Shown: piece by piece, positions 49,217 to 61,250 of the stretch
Position numbering within the stretch: position 1 is the stretch's first letter
Layout of the letters: every line of letters starts with the position of its first letter
Source: Tubulanus polymorphus
Taxonomy: Eukaryota > Animalia > Nemertea
Reading direction: 5' to 3'
Length of the DNA: 64,000 nt
Assembly (NCBI RefSeq): GCF_964204645.1
Contig: NC_134031.1
Coordinates: 3,100,001 to 3,164,000, forward strand
The notes under the pieces: model-generated
Databases searched by the model: none
What the model was told of the DNA's origin: nothing
What the model saw: the letters and a program-made list of their open reading frames with translations, nothing else
Made by a program: the position numbers and the translations under genes

Positions 49217-50022
49217 CGAAATAACGATACCTTCATCACGCTCTTAAAAAACAGCAGAAAAACAGTCGCTACCAGTATTTTCAAGATCGCTAGTGACGTT
49301 GGAACATGAAACGTAACCTTAGAAGGGCTATATTCAAATCAGAGCCAACTTAAACTGAACTGCTTTATCGGTAAGTGTATTAAATTCGAACATTGTTAGT
49401 TATCAAATGTCTATAAAACATCGATAGAAAATGTCCACACAATGAATTCACTTCGCACTGTTTGTTTGGCGCACGGAATAGGTTTTTATCGAGGCTGTAG
49501 TCGTGACGGCATCGGCGACTTCTAATCACATCCTATCTAACAGACCGTTGTCGTAAGTTGTCCCCAAGTCTAGCTGATATGTAAAACGGTTCATAACGAT
49601 CTTCGATACGGAATTACGAGGAAAATGTTCTGAATTGATTTAAACGTTGTGTCTACCATACATATAATGACAGACATCAAGTAATCATGTATTTATCTAA
49701 CGACTTCGAATTCATAATACATATTTTCATGTAAATTGAAAAAAAAATTGGCTTTCGGAATGGAACCTGATATGACAAATGGTATCGCATTGGTAAAATG
49801 TAACTGTAATTTTGAGTTTATGAGACCGTAGTTAATAAAGGTTCTACTTTCGGTTGAAATGTTAATATACGCCCGTTGTCATATTATTCGCAGTCTTATG
49901 TCGATTCAAGCTGGACGAACAAGAAATTGCGCGATAATTATATAAAACAGTTGAATACACATTTTGATTAGCTGTTTGCGTTGTCTCATTGGAAATGGAT
50001 TTAAATTCTTAAATTTAAAATT

Positions 50023-50285
50023 TCCACGAGAACATGTTCCCCTTGTGCTCCCGTCTCGATCAGCCGCTTGGAAAAACCGGATTACTTCAAAATCTCTCAT
50101 CGTCTCAGATCACGCGATAGTTCAAACGCATTGTACTGTATCATCAAAAGGGGCATCTCTCGATCCTATCGAATACCCCCATATACTTAAATTCCTACTG
50201 CCCACTCTCAGCGTCTCCGTCATAATTCCAGCTCTACAAGAGTGCGAGTGACGAACGGAATGTAATCGTGAAGAACTGTACAATC
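50023..50285 (+). repeat. About 250-bp direct repeat, copy B
   Basis: Highly similar to 47505-47755. Confidence 0.85.
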
Positions 50286-52124
50286 TAGAATATCACTGGT
50301 CCAAATTCACTCTATGGGGAGTCCGATATTTTGGTTTCCTGACGAATCAAATGCCATCAAATATAGAGTGGAAACGTGCCCAAGCTATTATATGTTATGT
50401 GAGCCATACCGAAAAAATCACCGGGAAAATAATCGAGAATGCTGCATTCTTATTCACATGCATATCATTTTAGTCAGAATTTGTGAAACCGCGTGGTTTT
50501 CAAACATTAGATATGCATCGACAAAACTCGATCTGTGTAATAGATCTAAATTTACATTTCACTTAGCATTGTCAAGTGAGCGCAATTTGAATCCACTTTC
50601 ACGTTTAAACCGCAGACATCGAAGTTAGAAATTTCGGTAATTCTGTCCGAATCGCGTGGCAGCTGATTCGGGTCATGTAAAAAATCGCACACGTTGCAAT
50701 TTTGAAGGAAAACCTCGTTTTATTACGCGAAAAAACGAAACGCCACCAAAAACAGATGTTGCAGTTTTCAGTGAAGCCTAAAAACCGATTCTATTCCTCG
50801 ATTAAACGAAAGTAGAGATGTCAAAACGAATTTTTCTCGTTTTATTCGCGGCGGTTTTTTCCTTTAAACGAGGTCATTTTCGTTTCATCCAGCAGTGTTG
50901 ATACGACTTTTAGGCGTTGGTAAAATTAAATTGCAACGTGTGTGATGTATTTGATCAGCCAAGAACTGTAATCGATCTTAAAGAATATTCAGCTGATTAC
51001 ATTAAACATGACAGCCGATAAGCGATAGGAAAGGGTTTTGCGTAGGAGTTCCTGATCAAAATCATTCAGTCACTCTCCCTCTCTAATGGTAGTGATCCGC
51101 CCGTAAAGATATCTTATACAACTATATGCTCGGACTAATTAGTCGGGTGGTTTTTGGCCGTATACCGAATTTGCAAGTAATAGCTTTCAAAATGAACGAA
51201 TTTCGGTTTTTGTAGTCAGGTCGGAACTATATTATGTATAACCTAAACGCATTTTGCAGCATCGGTAACCTTGAAACCAGGTCCGGACTACTACCAGCGA
51301 CCGTGCTCAATTGCGTGATTGACTATTTTCCGACTATAGTTCCGACTAACTGACAGATTTTAATTAGTTCGCAAATAGTCGAATAACTGTGATAACCGAA
51401 GTTTACCCTGGCTGACCGGCGGCCATCTTTGATTTCAAGACATACATTTTCACCTATAACTGTGATTGTATTTCACGTAGAGCATTTAAATTTCACATGA
51501 GAATATAAGATGCCAGCATATATCAGTATATTAACACCCGAAAACATGAAATTGAACATATATCTATTATACCACAGGAGCGATTCAAATCAATATCATC
51601 GACCAGTTCTAATGTCACTCCCTATTAAATTTCAAGAGTTGTAAATGGGATTGAGTTGTTATCGTTTTACAAATTGAGAAACTAGTTTGTCATATCGAGT
51701 TACTCCTGCTCCCAAATTTATGTATGCCAGTTGATATCATTTAAGGCACAGCAGCATCAGGAGATCAAAGACGGGTTTCACAGCTTTGAAAGTTCTACCA
51801 AACACGTAAGCAAAATCTCTATCTGTTAATCATTCTAATTTCAGTTTTGGAATGCGTATATGATTTTTCCACTGTAGGTTTCGTTAGTTCCAGAACATAT
51901 CTATAATTTTTAGTAAGTTTTTCAATACTCTACTTTATGTAAGATGAATTTATCATTTAAACTGTGTTCTACCGCGGATACGTCAAGCATTTTCAGATAT
52001 CATTCAGTAATTATTGAACTGTGGAACTCTCTCGACGAACTGAATATAACTGAAATCAACAGAGAGTAAAACGTTTGCTTTTCTGCAAAGCTTATGCTCT
52101 GTGAATTCAGCACCACTATCATAC

Positions 52125-52128
52125 CATT

Positions 52129-52166
<38 letters not shown>

Positions 52167-52200
52167 CATTATTATCATTATTATTATTATTATTATTATT
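52125..52200. repeat. (ATT)n microsatellite in intron 2 of copy 5
   Basis: Direct observation. Confidence 0.95.
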
Positions 52201-52961
52201 CATTTAACCTTTCTCTTCTGCTTTACACGTATAAGTCTAAAACGGCTAGGGATCGGTTGCTCAAATATTGTTTATTTCTAACTAGTCGTTAAGCTTTGCG
52301 ACTGGTTAGAATCTCTAACGAGTAGTGGGCGATTGGACCGACCGTTGTATCTTTGAGCAACCGGGAAAAAAATGCCTGTTTATAATCTAACGAATCGTCA
52401 AGCAATTTAACGACTGTTTATACTTTCAATTTAACATTTAACATTTTAACGAAAAGTATTCTGCCGCTGGTTCGAACTTAGCCACAATCGAGCGACATAG
52501 CGAGACGACTTAGAAATAGGCATAAGAATGAATTTCGTCGGTTGTGAAGACGATACGATACGATACGATTTTATACCGTGTGCCTTGGAGTAATCATTTG
52601 ATTTCTCCAAGCAAGCGCCAAACGATACGATTTTTTATATCTCGCACCTTGGAGTAATCATTTGATTTCTCCAAGCAAGCGCCAAACGTCGCTTTAAGTT
52701 CACAAAGTAAATTAAATCCCAGAATAAGTTGAACAGCGACCTGTCGGAGCAATTCATTATCAATCGAGTTAGACCCCGGGTTAAAGATAATACAAGTCTT
52801 TAAAACCGGGCCCTAGCGTTTTGTACGCAACAATCGCTTTTAGATCGTGCACCATTCAAAATATACCGAGATAAAATCTCCTATGTCGCAGTAAAAAACA
52901 TACTAAATGCAGAACGCTAGGACTAACTGAATCTTGATACTTAAATTCATTTTCAGGCAAC

Positions 52962-53129
52962 ATGTATAAATTCGTTGTTCCGCTCTGTGGGATATTTGTA
53001 TCTATCTGGGCAATGGCGACAGCTGATGAAGAAAAAGAAGAACTGTCGGCTGATGCTTTATTGGAGAGGTTAATTCGAGGTGCATGCACGGCTGGAAAAT
53101 CCTGCAACAATGGCGCCGGATCCGGCTAG
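52962..53129 (+). CDS. RLIR prepropeptide copy 5 (core GACTAGKSCNNGAGSG), 55 aa
   Basis: Acceptor ends at 52956; MYKFVVPLCGIFVSIWAMATADEEKEELSADALLERLIR|GACTAGKSCNNGAGSG*. Upstream non-coding exons end at about 51805 and 51912; the exon-2 ATG is lost. Confidence 0.85.
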   Translation: MYKFVVPLCGIFVSIWAMATADEEKEELSADALLERLIRGACTAGKSCNNGAGSG

Positions 53130-54224
53130 ATCATCATGGGACTTGTAGAAATTTTCTACAAGTCGTCGGGCGCTGGCTTTAGGAATGTTACTTTTAACGC
53201 GTCTCCCGATTTTCCTGCCTCTTAAACGTATAATAACACAACCTTTAGAAACTATATATTTCGTTTATTTAGTTCATTTAGGAAATGAATCTATAATTAT
53301 TCCATCAAAAATCCGAAAATAAATTTCATTTCACCGTATTCCGTGTGCTTGGTGTTTTTCATGTAATCTCCATCTCCGCCCCATCTTAGTTCTAAAGCCA
53401 ATCAAACAACTTAAGACGAGTCCTAGGCTTTCTTATGGGCTAAAGAGAGCTTCAAATATTCAGTCGAAGAGGCAACGCGACGAGCACCCAACCGTAATCA
53501 ATTGCCAGAATGACATTCAATCGATAATGAGGATGTAGAAACCACCGAGATCCATTGTGTAAATCGCTTATCAATTCATTTGATGGCCGATACGACGTCA
53601 TCGTCACGTGACAAATATACTATGATATTTACCATAGTGTATTTTGGTTTGTAATTAGACGAATCAGAAGAAAATTCGTGAAAAATATTCATAAGGAATC
53701 GTTTTATGGACACTGTCTTCCCATCGACCGGGCTGGTACAGGGCTCGAAATATTTGCATCGCGAATATTTCCACATGGGTTACGCAGATACTCTATCCTG
53801 TAAGCATGTAAGTGGCCAAGGTTCTACTTTCGGTTGAATTCTTCATATATGCACTTTTTGATCCAACGTCATATTGTTCACTGCCTGATATCGATTCAAG
53901 CTGGGCGAACAAGAAATTGAGTGATAATTCTATGAAACAGTTGAATACACATTTTTCAACGACTGTTTGTGTTCTCTAATTAGAAGTGGATTCACTTCTC
54001 TGAATTTGACGTTTTTGTGCAAAATATTTACCATGTAATATCAAGTTGCCCATCTGTTTTCATATCGCTCGAACGACCGGGCTGAATATAAGAAAGTTCA
54101 CCACCTAACACGTAAGCATCATCTCCATCACTCAGCATATTTCGTTTGAGTTTTGTTGTGCTAACTAACCTCTGCAAAATCAACGTCTTGAATTGGTTTT
54201 TTTAGTTAAAGTACCAAATCTACA

Positions 54225-55112
54225 ATGATAGGTAAGTTATTGAATAACGTTCTTTTCTACGCAAATAGTATTTATCATGTGGCCTATCGCGGAAACGGGT
54301 AGTTATTTATTCAGTTATTTCAATCGTCCCATTTTTCTTCTCGCTGCTTCACCATTACATCATCAAAAGTTTACGAAGTTCAGAATTTACAATCATACCT
54401 TTCGCAATAAACGTCCATTGTACAAAATACATTCTAAATTCCCGAATGGAATTAAGACTTATATCGACATATTCTGCTTACTATAGTGTTTTGCATGTGC
54501 ACGCCGATTCAAGAAATCGCGTTTAGAATTGTACGTCTGTCAAGATATCCTTAGATGCATTTTCCTTTTCTCCATTGAATGAACCAGATATAATACGTAG
54601 AAAGTTAAGACAAACGGATACTTAGTATATTGAATCTTTAAAGCAAAAAAGCTAAACCTCATAACCATGCAAAAAAAAACATCGATTGTAGTGTTGATAA
54701 AGTTAATAGAATTCCTGATTAAAACATACAGTGAACTCTTTCAGAATATCCCTACATCAATTCTATTCTTTGCTGGTAGTATTCTAGAGTGCTTTGCATG
54801 TGGTAATTGGTGAATCGCTTTTAGGAAGGGCGTCATCTTTCAAAATAGATAGAATTGTGCCTTTTTTGCAAATAGTTGTGTGAAGCAATCGCTATATGAA
54901 GAACGTTAGGGCAAACAAAATCTTGATATTTAAATTCATTTTCAGGCAACATTTCTGAAGTAGTTGTTCCGCTGTGTGGAATTTTTGTGTCCATCTGGGC
55001 AATGGCTGCAGCCGATGAAGAAAAAGAACTAGAGACCAATGATTTGGCGAGGTTAATTCGGAGTTTATGCGGCACTGCAGCCGGATGCCCCAATAATGGC
55101 AACTACAGCTAA
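54225..55112 (+). CDS. RLIR prepropeptide copy 6 (core SLCGTAAGCPNNGNYS), 57 aa
   Basis: join(54225-54231, 54946-55112); MIGNISEVVVPLCGIFVSIWAMAAADEEKELETNDLARLIR|SLCGTAAGCPNNGNYS*. Confidence 0.83.
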
Positions 55113-56375
55113 AGAAAAAATTAGTTCTGCGAGTTATCGAGTTCTGGGTTTAGGAATGTTACTTTTCCCGATTTATTCTGTCTCTCAAACGTATAACTAC
55201 GCATTCTTCAGAAACTATATATTTCGTTTATTTAGATCATTTAGGAAATAAACATATTATAACTGACAATGATTCGATAATAAATCCGAAAATGAATTTC
55301 ACTTCACCGTGTATTCCCGTGTTATCGGTGTTTATCACGTTATCCCTCTCTCCCTCTCCCCCTCTCTCCCTCTCTCCCCCTCTCCCCCTCTCCCCTTCGA
55401 TTCCCTTCTCCTTCAAAATCAGATATGACCCTGGGCCCAGTTTCATGATCATGGCTAAAATTTACGACAATGTTGTGGCCACCGGTTCTAAAGCCGATGA
55501 AACAATTTACAAGACTTAAGAGAATTCCTGAACTTGAGAGTGCTTCAAATATTCACGCAAAGAGGCGACGCGACGAGCACCTACCCGTAATGAGGATGTA
55601 GAAACTATCACTTATCTACTTGACGGCCAATATGACGTCATCGTTACATTACTACATAGTTGCAAGATGTTTACGCGTATGTTATTATTTAGCAATAAGA
55701 CATAGACGAGAGTGCTTCACTTATATGATAAGTATTCCATGATAGATAAGACAGCAACCCGCGAGTAATATCTGTTTTTGTCTGAAATCTACGTGAAAAG
55801 CACGAAGAATAGACAATGAAACGACGTTTATTCCACATTCATTGATGTATATAATGTATACACAATACAATCATTATTTCATATAAAGACGGACTTCGTA
55901 TTTCCCATTCTAAAAATCATTATTTTGGTTCGTGAGGATGAGACAAATATATTTCCATTTTCGTGGACACTTCCCGCCCACGAGACCGAGCTGCTACATG
56001 TCTGGAAGTTTTGCATCATAAATATCTTATATAAGACCTCAACGACGCTTTATTCATTCCACATTCATTTATAAAAATAAGGCGAATTATCCTGAAAATC
56101 GTATTTATCCGGGCATAATCAAATTTGATTTGGTCTAAATGTTGAATTCAACGTGGCATCAAATTCAAATCGATCTATCAAATCGTATCAAATCACTTCC
56201 GTAGGTGATTTAGAGATGGCGGACTCACAATTTCTTTTTCACTAGAGAGTTTCTGCCTTTCAATGAGCACGCTCTTACCTGTTTTTGAAAACTCAATGCA
56301 CGTTGTGTGCCGTCGACAATTCGGATTCTATGCAGATTTTAACGTAAAGATATTTTTTAAAAAGTTTCGACTTCA

Positions 56376-57894
56376 TGCACAGGAACTCGCCGATGGGCTT
56401 GGGATACAGTTCCTGGGGTTTTTGATAGTGTATCTGTAATTTGCGTGGTTATTCTGCAATAAATCCGAGAAAAAAACGTCTTGGTACTGATACGTTTAAA
56501 AGATAATGGCCGCTGGCTCCACACACGGCGACCTCACAAAATACTGAACAAACTTCGTTTTTCAATCGAAAATCAAAACTTTTATTTTATATGACACTTA
56601 CTAGTGATATATATGACAGTTATATATGCTATTATTCCATCCGACTGTGAGACACTATCATTTTGTGAAACGTCTTTAGTAGGTCACACGGGCACCTGCT
56701 ACAAGTATTCCCCTTCTATATTCAAATAAAGCGGGATTTCGTTATGACGTCACTCAGCGGTTGAACGACGCTCGGTGACCACGCCTGTAAAGTTTTTCCT
56801 ATACGCTCACGTATGGAATACCTCAAGGGCCATACGACTTACAAGTTACGTTTTACCAGTTACGATTTACGTTTTACGAGTTACTTATACATTTCCTTGA
56901 ATATTCGTTACGACTTCCGTTTTATGAGTTACGAATTACAACTTAAATACGTTTTACGAATTACGAGTTACGATTTACGAGTTAACTGTTGGAGTTTCGG
57001 TTCGCAAGAGTTCAAGGACAGTGGCCACGTGGTAGGCATTTCACTGTGTGGGTGTAATTATTGGACGAATAACTGTAACGATGATGGAGCCCAGTGTTTT
57101 CAAAAAATAAATACATTTTTTTCTAAATTGATGAATCTTGTTCTAATTATCAAAATCATTTCCAGCTAAGATCTATTGAAATATCGTCTATTAAAATCAT
57201 CGTGCACGTAACGGGGCAGTCATCAGTCAGTGTGAAATGTATTGTCAGCATTTAATAGATTTTGAGAAGGTTCGCACAGCAGATGGCCAACGCGCAGATT
57301 TTCTGCCCTGTAATAGACCACTGCAGTCGAGATTGATTCACTATGTACAATAAATTACTCTTATTATGCTGTTTGAAATGACAATTCGACTTCATTTTGA
57401 AACCCGTTCTTTGAATTACGCGCTTCGGATATCCGAAGCCAAGTCAAAAACGTGTAATTCGTAAAACGTAAGTCGTAAATCGTAAGTCGTAACGTATTGT
57501 AGGAAATGTATTAGTAACTCGTAAAACGTAACTCGTAATTCGTAAAACGTATTTAAGTTGTAATTCGTAACTCATAAAACGGAAGTCGTAACGAATATTC
57601 AAGGAAATGTATTAGTAACTCGTAAAACGTACATCGTAACTCGTAAAACGTAACTCGTAAGTCGTAAAACGTAACTAGTAAGTCGTATGGCCCTTGAGGT
57701 ATTCCATAGAAAAACGAAGTTTGTTCAGTATTTTGTGAGGTCGCCGTGTGTGGAGCCAGCGGCCATTATCTTTTAAACGTATCAGTACCAAGACGTTTTT
57801 TCTCGGATTTATTGCAGAATAACCACTCAAAACACAGATACACTATCAAAAACCCGAGGAACTGTATCCCAAGCCCATCGGCGAGTGCCTGTGC
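56376..57894. mobile_element. Nested inverted-repeat (foldback-like) insertion between copies 6 and 7
   Basis: Outer arms of about 190 bp at 56376-56564 and 57709-57894 are reverse complements. Inner element 56812-57708 has TIRs TATGGAATACCTCAAGGGCCATACGACTTAC / GTAAGTCGTATGGCCCTTGAGGTATTCCATA and TTACGA-type subterminal repeats. Confidence 0.85.
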
Positions 57895-58371
57895 TTCATG
57901 ATCGAAGGACTCTTAGTTCTAAAGCCAATCTAATAATTTCAAACGAGTCCTAAGATTTGAGACAATTTATGGAGTTACATAGATATACTCTACCCTGTAA
58001 GCATGTGGTCAAAGTTCGACTTTCGGTTGAATTCTTCACGTATATGCGCTTATTGATCCATCGTCATATGAAATGTTCACTGTCTGATATCGATTCAAGC
58101 TGGACGAACAAAAAATTGCGCGATAATTCTATAAAACAGTTGAATACACATTATTTTCAATTGACGTTTGTATTTTCCTATTAGAACTGGATTCAAATTC
58201 TCTTCATTCTACCTTTTGACGGAGCAGAATATTTGCAATGTAATATCAAGTTGCCCATCTGTTTCCAAATCGCTCGAGCGACTGGGCTGCATATAAGGAG
58301 CTAAACGCGTAAACATAATCTCTACCACTCAGCATTTTAGTTTGAATTTTGTTTTGCATATACACGTATAA

Positions 58372-59123
58372 CTAACCCCTACAAAATCAACGTCTTGAAT
58401 TGGTTCTGTTAGTTACAGTACATAATATACAATGATAGGTAAGTTATTGAATAATGATTCTTTCAACGCTAATAGTATTTATCGTCTATGTCCTATCGCG
58501 GAAACGGGCAGTTTCTTTCAGTTATTTTCATCGTCACTTTTTTCTGTTTGCTGCTTTACGTTTAACATCGTCAATAGGTCATGAAATTCTGAAGAATGTT
58601 CTATATACAAAATACATGGTTAGTTAAATGCCCGAATGGTTGTCAGACTTATATCGACATATTCTGCTAATCTAGTGTTTTGCATGAGCACGCCGATTCA
58701 AGAATGGCTTTTAGAATTGTACGTCTTTCAAGATATCCCTCGATTTCCTAACCCCTAAAAAATCAACGTCTTGAATTGGTTCTGTTGGTTACAGTACATA
58801 ATATACAATGATAGGTAAGTTACTGAATAATGATTCTTTCAACGCTAATAGTATTTATCGTCTATGTCCTATCGCGGAAACGGGCAGTTTCTTTCAGTTA
58901 TTTTCATCGTCACTTTTTTCTTCTTGCTGCTTTACGTTAACATCGTCAATAGGTCATGAAATTCTGAAGAATGTTCTATATACAAAATACATGGTTAGTT
59001 AAATGCCCGAATGGTGGTCAGACTTATATCGACATATTCTTCTAATCTAGTGTTTTGCGTGAGCACGCCGATTCAAGAATCGCTTTTAGAATTGTACGTC
59101 TTTCAAGATATCCCTCGATTTCC
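58372..59123 (+). repeat. 376-bp tandem duplication containing the start-codon exon of copy 7
   Basis: CTAACCCCT..AATCAACGTCTTGAATTGG starts at 58372 and 58748; ATGATAG|GTAAG at 58432 and 58808. Confidence 0.9.
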
Positions 59124-59608
59124 TATTTGAATCAGATATTGTACGTAGAAAGTGAGGACAAACTGATTCGTAATATATTGTTTCTTATAAGCAAATAAGT
59201 ATAAGTTCATCACAATGCAAAAAAAACATTGATTGTAGTTAATCAAGTTGATAAAATCGGTACACAGCGAAGTATTCTGTAGTGCTTCATACGTGGTAAT
59301 TAGAGAATCGCTTTTAGGAAGAGCGTCATCCTTCAAAATAGATTGAATTTTACTTTTTTGCAAATAATTGTGTGAAGCAATCACTTTAATATAGAACGTA
59401 AGGGCAATATAAACCTTGATATGTACATTTATTTTCAGGCAACATTTCTGATATAGTTGTTCCGCTGTGTGGAATTGTTGTGTCCTTCTGGGCAATGGCT
59501 TCAGCCGATGAAGAAAAAGAACTAGAGACCAATGATTTGGCGAGGTTAATTCGGAGTGTATGCGGCACTGCAGCCGGATGCCCCAGTAGTGGCAGCAACT
59601 CCGGCTAA
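58808..59608 (+). CDS. RLIR prepropeptide copy 7 (core SVCGTAAGCPSSGSNSG), 58 aa
   Basis: join(58808-58814 or 58432-58438, 59439-59608); MIGNISDIVVPLCGIVVSFWAMASADEEKELETNDLARLIR|SVCGTAAGCPSSGSNSG*. Confidence 0.82.
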
Positions 59609-61250
59609 AGAAAAATATTACTTCTGCGAGTTATCGAGTTCTGGCTTTAGGAATCTTTTCCTGATTTGTTCTGTCTCTCAAACGCATAATTACGCATTCT
59701 TTAGAAACTATATATTTCGTTTATTTAGTTCATTTAGGAAATGAACATTATAAATGACAATGATTCGATAATAAATCCGAAAATGAATTTCACTTCACCG
59801 TGTATTCCCGTGTTATCGGTGTTTATCACGTTATCCCTCTCCCCCTCTCGCCCTCTCTCCCTCTCCCCCTCCACGCACTCCCTCTCTCCCTCTCCCCTCA
59901 CTTCCTTTCCCCATCTCTCCCTCTGATTCCCTTCTCCTTCAAAATCAGATAAGACCCTGGGGCCAGTTTCATGATCATGGCTCAAATTTAAGACGACGTT
60001 GATTTCTGAACTTGAGAGTGCTTCAAATATTCACGCAAAGAGACGACGCGACGAGCACCTTACCGTTATCAATTAACATTCAACTGACAATGAGGATGTA
60101 GAAACTATCACTTATCTACTTGACGGCCAATATGACGTCATCGTTACATTACATAACTACATAGTTGCAAGATGTTATTGTTTAGCAATAAGACATAGAT
60201 GAGAGTGATTCACTTATATAATATATTTATTTCCACTAAATATTACAATATATCATTATACATTATAAAAATGAGTTAAATGAAATATTTGAAATATTTT
60301 AATATTAAGCAGGGGAGACTTGAAGAAGCCAGTTAAGACTTATGTCAAACGTACAAGTCCCCCAACACGCAAAGAACCACACTATGATAAGTATTCCATG
60401 ATAAGACAGCAACCCGCGAGTAATATCTGTTTTGGTCTGAAATCCACGTGAAAAGCACGAAAAATAGACAATGAAACGACGACGCTTTATTCATTCCACA
60501 TTCATTTATAAATATAAGGCGAATTATCCTGAAAATCGTATTTATCCGGGCATAATCAAATTTGATTTGGTCTAAATTCAACGCAGCATCAAATTCAAAT
60601 TAATCAACCAAATCGTATCAAATCACTTCCGTAGGTGATTTAGAGATGGCGGACTCACAATTTCTTTTTCACAAGAGAGTTTCTGCCTTTCAATGAGCAC
60701 GCTCTCACCTATTTTTGAAAACTCGTGGGACTCATAGTTCTAAAGCCAATCTAATAATTTCAGACGAGTCCTAAGATTTGAGACAATTTATGGAGTTATG
60801 TAGATACTCTACCCTGTAAGCATGTGGTCAAAGTTCGACTTTCGGTTGAATTCTTCGTGTATATGCGCTTAGTGATCCATCGTCATATGAAATGTTCACT
60901 GTCTGATATCGATTCAAGCTGGACGAACAAGAAATTGCGCGATAATTCTATAAAACAGTTGAATACACATTATTTTCAATTGACGTTTGTATTTTCCTAT
61001 TAGAAGTGGATTCAAATTCTCTTCATTCTACCTATTGACGGAGCAGAATATTTGCAATGTAATATCAAGTTGCCCATCTGTTTTCAAATCGCTCGAGCGA
61101 CCGGGCTGCATATAAGGAGCTAAACGCGTAAACATAATCTCTACCACTCAGCATTTTAGTTTGAATTTTGTTTTGCATATAAACGTATAACTAACCCCTA
61201 AAAAATCAACGTCTTGAATTGGTTCTGTTAGTTACAGTACATAATATACA

